Source: a bacterium
GTDB taxonomy: Bacteria; Chloroflexota; Dormibacteria; Aeolococcales; Bog-877
Reading direction: 5' to 3'
DNA: 64,000 bases
Assembly: GCA_021801645.1 (NCBI GenBank)
Contig: JAJYXT010000010.1
Span: forward strand, 25,052 to 89,051
The notes under the pieces were generated by a model. The model did no database searches, was not told the origin of the DNA, and saw only the letters and a list, made by a program, of their open reading frames with translations. The translations under genes and the position numbers were made by a program. This document shows, one piece after another, positions 58,274 through 64,000 of the stretch (position 1 is the first letter of the stretch; each line of letters starts with the position of its first letter).

Positions 58274-59398
58274 TCAGCCCACAGGAACCGTCAGGGTGAC
58301 GGTGTGCCGCTGCCCCCCCTCCTGCACCGAGAGCGCCACCTGCGCCCCCGGGCCGAGCGCGGTGAGAAGGTCGGCCAGGTCGGGGTACCTGGGGGCACCC
58401 GAGCCCTGGACCGCTGAGCCGTCCACCTGGACCACCACATCCCCCACCTTGAGCCCGGCCGCCGCCGCGGCGGATCCCGGGTCCACCGCCAGGACCTGAG
58501 CGCCGGCGGGGAGCTGGAGCGCGGCCGCAGTGGCCGGGGTGAGGTACTGGGTCACCAGTCCGACCGGAGGCGGGCCGGCCCCGTTGGTGCCGATCGCAGA
58601 CGCCAGGTAGGCGGCCTCGAACGCGTCCAGCGCGAAGTAACCAGAACCCGAGTCCGAGGGGACCATCCGCGTCCCGGCGAGGATCCCCACCACCTGACCG
58701 CTGGAGTTCACCAGCGGCGCGCCCGAGCTCCCCGGAGGCTCAGGGACGTCGGTGCGCATCATTCCGTCCCAGGTGACGCTGCCCCCGGAGGCGGTGGGAT
58801 CGGACACAGAAGCCGTGATCCCCAGCTGCGAGATGCTGCCCACGTCGACGCTGACCGAGCCTCCCAGGGAGGTGGAGACGGCGATGGCGGTCGACCCCAA
58901 TGCAGGGTTCTGGGAGAAACCCAGCGCCGGCGGAAGTGAGCTGGAACTCACCTGCAGGAGGACGATGCCGGTGTGGGGATCGGAGCTGGCGATGGTGGCC
59001 GGCAGGACCACCCCGCTGGCCAGGACGACCTCCACCCCCGAAGCCCCGGCCACCGCCGCCTCGCTGGTGACCACCAGCCCGGTGGAGCTGGCCACGAACC
59101 CGTCGGAGACGGTGGCCGGAGTGGGAGCTGCGGTTCCATGCTCCCGGACCACCTGGACCACAGAGGGGGCCACAGCCGCCACCACCGAACTGAGCGAAGT
59201 GCCCTGGCTGGAGCCACCGCCACCTCCCGGGTTCACCACCGGAGCGCTGGGGGTGGACGACAGCTGCCGGTAGGCCAGGAAGGCGACCCCTCCGCCGACG
59301 GCGACCCCCACCGCCGCCGCCACCGCCGCCACCGCCAGCAGCCCACGGGCCGAGATGCGATCCGCCTTCGCCGGCGGGGAGGGATCAGCCCCGTCCAT
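58274..59398 (-). CDS. S1C protease homolog with PDZ domain, catalytic triad degenerate
   Basis: TM, PSVVQV, GF...GLVVTSEAAV, GSSGAPLVN, GSAAAAAGLKVGDVV (PDZ). Confidence 0.82.
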   Translation of the reverse strand: MDGADPSPPAKADRISARGLLAVAAVAAAVGVAVGGGVAFLAYRQLSSTPSAPVVNPGGGGGSSQGTSLSSVVAAVAPSVVQVVREHGTAAPTPATVSDGFVASSTGLVVTSEAAVAGASGVEVVLASGVVLPATIASSDPHTGIVLLQVSSSSLPPALGFSQNPALGSTAIAVSTSLGGSVSVDVGSISQLGITASVSDPTASGGSVTWDGMMRTDVPEPPGSSGAPLVNSSGQVVGILAGTRMVPSDSGSGYFALDAFEAAYLASAIGTNGAGPPPVGLVTQYLTPATAAALQLPAGAQVLAVDPGSAAAAAGLKVGDVVVQVDGSAVQGSGAPRYPDLADLLTALGPGAQVALSVQEGGQRHTVTLTVPVG

Positions 59399-59879
59399 GT
59401 TCCGGGTCCCAGGTGAGCACGAGCTGCCGGGTTGGTGCGAAGCCGGCAGCGAGGTAGGCGCTGACCGCGGGCCGGTTGTCGTGGTCCGTCCAGACACTGG
59501 CGAAGGTCACCTGCCGCTGACGAAAGAGTCGGGTGGCCTCCCGCAACAGCCTGGTGGCCAGCCCCTGGCCCCGAGCGTCCGGGTGCACGTAGAGCTCCGC
59601 GACCTCGCCCTCGAGCCCGGTCCCAGGGTCGAAGAGAACGCACCAGCAGAAGCCCAGGACGCTACCGGAGCTGCGGGCGGCGAAGACGTGGTTCTCGCCC
59701 ACGAAGGTTGCCCGGGTGCGGGGCAGGGTGGCGTCCAAGCGGTGGCGCAGGCCCAGAGTGGGCGTGGGGGCGGCGTCCTGGGCCAGCAGCTCGATCAGAA
59801 GTGGCCGAATCGAGTCGAGCTCGGATTCCGCCAGGGCCGCGATCTCCACGCTGCCATCGTACGGCGCAACGGCGCTCAC
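59385..59879 (-). CDS. GNAT family N-acetyltransferase
   Basis: LYVHPDARGQGLAT.LL, N.PA...Y...GF. Confidence 0.88.
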   Translation of the reverse strand: MSAVAPYDGSVEIAALAESELDSIRPLLIELLAQDAAPTPTLGLRHRLDATLPRTRATFVGENHVFAARSSGSVLGFCWCVLFDPGTGLEGEVAELYVHPDARGQGLATRLLREATRLFRQRQVTFASVWTDHDNRPAVSAYLAAGFAPTRQLVLTWDPEHGRG

Positions 59880-61312
59880 CCCACCTGGGGAGTCCAGTCC
59901 TCGAAGTACTCCGGGGACGGCTCCACCCTGGCGTCGCCGGTGGCCACCGCGGCCCGGGCGACTGCCCGCGCCACCGCCCGGTGGACGGCGGGGTCCAGCG
60001 AGTCCGGCACCACCTCGTCATGCTCGGCTCTGGCCGCGATGGCGAGGGCCGCCGCTAGGTACATCTCGGTGTTAAAGCGACGCGCCCGGGTGTCCAGGGC
60101 ACCCCGGAACAGCCCGGGGAAGCCGAGCAGGTTGTTGACGACCGAGCCGTCCACGGCCAGCGCCGCGCCGGCGTCCATCGCCGCCTCCGGCTCGATCTCC
60201 GGCAGGGGGTTGGAGATGGCGAAGATGATCTGTCCGGGGCGGACCTGCTCGGGCCGGATCAGCCCCGGCTGGGCGGTGGCGGCGATGACCAGGTCACTGC
60301 GGCGCAGGAGCTCGTCCAACTCCACGGCGATCCCGCCCCCGGCCTCCAGCCGCTCGATCGAGTCTGGGGTCCTTCCGGTGCCGTACACCGGCCGCCCCTG
60401 ATGGTGCATAAGCAGCTGGGCGATGGCCGATCCGGCGGCCCCCAGACCCACCACCCCAGCCGTGAGGTCGGCCACGTTCCTGCCGGTGAGCTCGGCAGCT
60501 CGCAGCACCGCCGCCAGCACCACGGTGGCCGTCCCGTGCTGGTCGTCGTGCATGACGGGGATGGAGACCTGGTCCTGCAGCTGGGGGGTGATCTCGAAGC
60601 AGTGGGGGGCGGCGAAGTCCTCCAGCTGGATGGCACCGAAGGAGGGCGCGAGCCGGGCCAGCGCCGCCACGATCTCCCCCGGCGGCCCCGGCTCGACCAA
60701 AAGTGGGTAGGCGTCTATGGCCACCATCTGGGCCAGGAGGGCGCACTTGCCCTCGATCACCGGCATGCCGGCCACCGGTCCGATGTTGCCCAGCCCCAGT
60801 ACCGCGGTCCCGTCAGTCACCACCGCCACCGCGTTGGCGATCCCGGTGTAGCGGTCGGCCACGGCGGGGTCGGCCTGGATCAGCCGACACACCTCGGCCA
60901 CCCCTGGGGTGTACACGTGGCGCAGGTCGGTCACGCTGCGCACCGGGTAACGTGGGCTCACCTTGAGCTTGCCGCCCAGGTGGACGCGCAGAACCTCGTC
61001 ACGGACATCCAGCAGCTCGGTGTGGGGTAGGGCCCGGACCGCGGCCAGCACCGCTTCCAGCATCACCAGGTCGGTGGTGCTGACGTCGATGTCGCGCACC
61101 TTGTGGAGCGAACCCCGCTCCACGGTGCGGATGTCACCCAGATTCCCACCCACCGACCCGATGGCCGTGGCCACCTCACCCAGCACCCCCGGGCGGTTCT
61201 GGTTGCGCAGGCGCAGGGTCCGCTGGATCCGGTAGGGGGAGACGCCTGCCGGGGCCTGGCCGGCCTCGGTGGGAAAGGCGGGCCGGAGCCCGGCTTCCGA
61301 GATGTCTCGCAT
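59876..61312 (-). CDS. NAD(P)-dependent malic enzyme with N-terminal ACT domain
   Basis: NRPGVLG (ACT), YTPGVA, DGTAVLGLGNIG, EGK, LED, DDQHGT, SNP.PE, NN.L.FPG.FRG; ATG after CAGGAGG. Confidence 0.92.
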   Translation of the reverse strand: MRDISEAGLRPAFPTEAGQAPAGVSPYRIQRTLRLRNQNRPGVLGEVATAIGSVGGNLGDIRTVERGSLHKVRDIDVSTTDLVMLEAVLAAVRALPHTELLDVRDEVLRVHLGGKLKVSPRYPVRSVTDLRHVYTPGVAEVCRLIQADPAVADRYTGIANAVAVVTDGTAVLGLGNIGPVAGMPVIEGKCALLAQMVAIDAYPLLVEPGPPGEIVAALARLAPSFGAIQLEDFAAPHCFEITPQLQDQVSIPVMHDDQHGTATVVLAAVLRAAELTGRNVADLTAGVVGLGAAGSAIAQLLMHHQGRPVYGTGRTPDSIERLEAGGGIAVELDELLRRSDLVIAATAQPGLIRPEQVRPGQIIFAISNPLPEIEPEAAMDAGAALAVDGSVVNNLLGFPGLFRGALDTRARRFNTEMYLAAALAIAARAEHDEVVPDSLDPAVHRAVARAVARAAVATGDARVEPSPEYFEDWTPQVG

Positions 61313-61386
61313 CGGTGACCTCCTGAACCACTGAGCCAGCACCGGACCGCCGCTGGCAAGGTACCGCCTTCCCAGGGAACGCTGCA

Positions 61387-61411
61387 GCGGGGGCCGGAGC
61401 CCGGCCCCCGC
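61387..61411 (-). terminator. 11-bp hairpin downstream of the sulfurtransferase gene
   Basis: GCGGGGGCCGG-AGC-CCGGCCCCCGC, 5 nt beyond the stop codon. Confidence 0.5.
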
Positions 61412-61416
61412 CCAGG

Positions 61417-62268
61417 TCAGCGCTCGATCGGTGCCTTGACCAGACTCCCCCACTCCGTCCACGAGCCGTCGTAGTTGCGTACCCGCGGGTAGCCCAGAAG
61501 CTCCCGGAGCACGAACCAGGTGTGGGCGGAGCGCTCCCCGATGCGGCAGTAGGCGACCACCTCGTGCGCCGGGTCGACCCCCTCTGTGAGGTACAGGTCG
61601 CGCAGCTGGTCGGGCGGGAGGAACGTCTCCTGCTCGGGGTCCACCGCCCGGCTCCAGGGGACGTTGCGGGCCCCCGGAATGTGCCCAGGACGTTGGGCGC
61701 CCTCCTGGGGGAGGTGGTCCGGTGAGATGCGCTCCCCCCGGTACTCCTCAGGGGAGCGGACGTCGACCAGGCTTTTACCCGGTCGACCAAGGAACTCCGT
61801 GGCGATCTGGTCCCGATAGGCTCGGATCGACTCGTCCTCGTTGGGAATGGGGTAGCCAGTGCCGGGCGCCACCTGCGGCACCTCGGTGACGAGGGGCCGC
61901 CCCTCGAGTTCCCACTTGCGCCGACCCCCATTCAGCAGCTGGACATTGGGGTGGCCGTAGTACTTGAAGTACCAGTAGCCATAGGCGGCAAACCAGTTCT
62001 TGTTGCCGCCGTAGAGGACGACCCTGGTGTCCGGGCCGATCCCCAGCCGGTCCATGAGGGCGGCGAATCCCTCCGGACTCACGAAGTCGCGGTTGACCGG
62101 AGCCTGCAGGTCCTGGCGCCAGTGGACCCCGAGCGACCCGGGGATGTGGCCGCGGTGGTAGGCATCGGTGTCCTCGTCCACGTCGAGGACCCGCAGATCG
62201 GGATCTTGCAGATGGTCCGCCAGCCAGTCGGTGCTGACCAGGGACCCGGGGTTGGCGTATTCGCTCAA
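61417..62268 (-). CDS. Two-domain thiosulfate sulfurtransferase (rhodanese, SseA/CysA type)
   Basis: LVSTDWL, GHIPG, NWFAAY, LLNGGR, YCRIGERS active loop, YDGSWTEWG; TTG after GAGGAG. Confidence 0.94.
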   Translation of the reverse strand: MSEYANPGSLVSTDWLADHLQDPDLRVLDVDEDTDAYHRGHIPGSLGVHWRQDLQAPVNRDFVSPEGFAALMDRLGIGPDTRVVLYGGNKNWFAAYGYWYFKYYGHPNVQLLNGGRRKWELEGRPLVTEVPQVAPGTGYPIPNEDESIRAYRDQIATEFLGRPGKSLVDVRSPEEYRGERISPDHLPQEGAQRPGHIPGARNVPWSRAVDPEQETFLPPDQLRDLYLTEGVDPAHEVVAYCRIGERSAHTWFVLRELLGYPRVRNYDGSWTEWGSLVKAPIER

Positions 62269-62481
62269 GGTGGCACTCCTCAGGGGCGCGCACGGGTACG
62301 ACAGGAACTTCCAGCCGTCGGGGATGGGGATGTCCCCAGCCCGTGAGAGGTCCGCTGCCGACGGCTCAGACGCCCAACCCAGCGGACCCGCGCCTACATC
62401 GCGAGCTCTCGGGCCCAAGGAGGCGAGGGGACAGCGTGGCGGGGCTCACGCCGAGGATTCTAGACGCCGGGGCGACTGCCC

Positions 62482-62838
62482 TCAACCGTCCTTCCACTCC
62501 GGGCGCTTGCGAAAAAGCCCCCCTTCACCCAGGTGATACCAGCGCTCCTGCTGGTAAGGGGGAAGGGCCGCCGCCTCCTCCGGACTGAGGTCGGTGTGGA
62601 CTGCCCGGGTGGTGATCTTCACAACGTGGGCAGCCTCAAGCTCCAGCAGCTGATGACCCGAGTTGGGCTTGACCGCCAGTCCGTGGAAGATGTCGCTGGC
62701 CTCGTCGCCGAGCAGCGAGGCCGTGGTCCCGAACTCGCTGCCCTCCCGGTCCAGGACCGGGGCGTGATAGGGGGTCATCATCCAGGCGACCTGCTCCTCA
62801 CCGTCCGCCGCGATGTCTTCGGGCATCTCCACCTCCAC
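62482..62838 (-). CDS. Hypothetical protein (PRC-barrel-like)
   Basis: PVLDREG..FGT..LLGD...DIFHGLAV...V..IT...V.TDL; start may be a few codons downstream. Confidence 0.65.
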   Translation of the reverse strand: MEVEMPEDIAADGEEQVAWMMTPYHAPVLDREGSEFGTTASLLGDEASDIFHGLAVKPNSGHQLLELEAAHVVKITTRAVHTDLSPEEAAALPPYQQERWYHLGEGGLFRKRPEWKDG

Positions 62839-62867
62839 TTCTGGCTTCCGGGGCCGTCCGGTCGGGC

Positions 62868-63932
62868 TCAGCTCGCTCCCGCGGGCAGCTCGCCCAGCTG
62901 GACGCTGACGGTGATCTTGGTACCGTTGGGCTCGGTGATCCCCAGCTTCACCGTCTGACCGGGGCTGAGATTGGCCAGGGCGTCGGTGAGGTCCTGCACC
63001 GAAGGAGTGCCCTGGCCGTTTATCGAGGTGATCACGTCCTGCGCCTTGAGCCCGGCCTGACTGGCCGCCGTCCGGGTCACCTTGACGATCAGGACTCCCG
63101 CGGGCTGCCCCTGGCTGTTGGTCACCTGCTCGACGTCGACGCCGATGTAGGCTCGCCCGGAGTTCACCACCTTCCCGTATTTGACGATCTGGCCGGCGAT
63201 GTTGGTGACCACGTTGCTGGGGATGGCGAAGCCGATCCCGGGCGCCTGGGAGCTCCCCAGCTGGGGGTCGAGCGCGGCCAGCGTGGGGATGCCCACCACC
63301 TGGCCCTCCAGGTCGACCAGGGCGCCCCCGCTGTTGCCCGGGTTGATCGGCGCCGAGGTCTGGATCACGTCCGGCAGAGTCACCCCGTTGGGCTCGCTGA
63401 CCGTCCGGCCCACCGCCGACACGATCCCGTCCGTGGCCGAGCTCTGATATCCGAGGGGGTTGCCGATGGCCATCACGATGTCGCCCACCTGGAGCTGGGA
63501 GGAGTTGGCGAAGACAGCCGGCTTCAGGTTGGGGGCGGAGATGCGGATCACCGCCAGGTCGTCACCGGCGAACGCATTGACCAGGGTTCCGGTGTAGGTG
63601 CGCCCGTTGGATAGCGTGACCGTGAAGCTGTGCTGCCCGTTGGCCACGTGGTTGTTGGTGACGATGTCGCCCTGGGAGTTGAAGATGATCCCGGAGCCGA
63701 GGTCCTGGGAGGTGGAGATCTGCACCACCGAGGGGGCCACCTCCTTGTAGAGGTTGACGTAGTCGGCCTGGAGAGCCAGCAGGGCCTGGGAGAGGGCGGT
63801 GGGCGACAGGGTCTCCTTGGGAATCTGCTCGGTCCTGGGGGCGGCGCCCTTGGGCGCTCCCGAGGCGCACCCCGCCAGCACCAGCGCCAGGACCGGGACG
63901 AGAACCAAGGCCGACTTCCAAAGATGGGGCAT
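62868..63932 (-). CDS. HtrA/DegP-like serine protease lipoprotein with PDZ domain
   Basis: Lipobox LAGC; TNNHV, DLAV, INPGNSGGAL, GIGFAIP, PDZ. Confidence 0.93.
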   Translation of the reverse strand: MPHLWKSALVLVPVLALVLAGCASGAPKGAAPRTEQIPKETLSPTALSQALLALQADYVNLYKEVAPSVVQISTSQDLGSGIIFNSQGDIVTNNHVANGQHSFTVTLSNGRTYTGTLVNAFAGDDLAVIRISAPNLKPAVFANSSQLQVGDIVMAIGNPLGYQSSATDGIVSAVGRTVSEPNGVTLPDVIQTSAPINPGNSGGALVDLEGQVVGIPTLAALDPQLGSSQAPGIGFAIPSNVVTNIAGQIVKYGKVVNSGRAYIGVDVEQVTNSQGQPAGVLIVKVTRTAASQAGLKAQDVITSINGQGTPSVQDLTDALANLSPGQTVKLGITEPNGTKITVSVQLGELPAGAS

Positions 63933-64000
63933 TCTCACCTCTGCCGAGCTTCCACCACCGGGATCACCGAGACCCTAGCCTAAGGCCCCACCCTGGGCAA

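Overview
High-GC bacterial chromosome segment. A monoderm, Actinobacteria/Chloroflexota/Dormibacterota-like soil organism is my inference from Ni-SOD, a sortase-type sorting tail and frequent leaderless starts; it is not established. Most of the window is housekeeping: trpC, acyP, trxB, sqdB, secG, cysM-mec, sodN/sodX, pncB, thiM behind a TPP riboswitch, rph-rdgB, tatAC, hemA-C-D-B-(ppi)-L, pyrG-radical SAM-rpmE-prfA, malic enzyme, a sulfurtransferase, three S1C proteases, and tRNA-Leu(CAG), tRNA-Cys(GCA) and tRNA-Pro(TGG). An accessory region (~22.7-33.7 kb) lies off the 3' end of tRNA-Cys. It holds a ~5.7 kb integrative element bounded by a 45-bp att duplication, with an intact tyrosine integrase, a PIN toxin-antitoxin pair, an FtsK relic, and an ECF sigma/membrane partner followed by an orphan alternative C-terminal fragment. 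A second, related but decayed element sits in tandem; its integrase is cut by one of two IS256-family elements. Most notable: (i) four genes appear to start at CTG codons overlapping the upstream TGA (CTGA), (ii) the orphan paralogous C-terminal cassette, (iii) a TPP riboswitch with substitutions in its pyrophosphate-sensing arm, (iv) a hairpin hiding the transposase RBS in both IS256s, and (v) two apparent pseudo-enzymes plus a stand-alone GHKL/MORC-like ATPase. All calls come from reading motifs by eye; no searches were run, and some start codons are best estimates.
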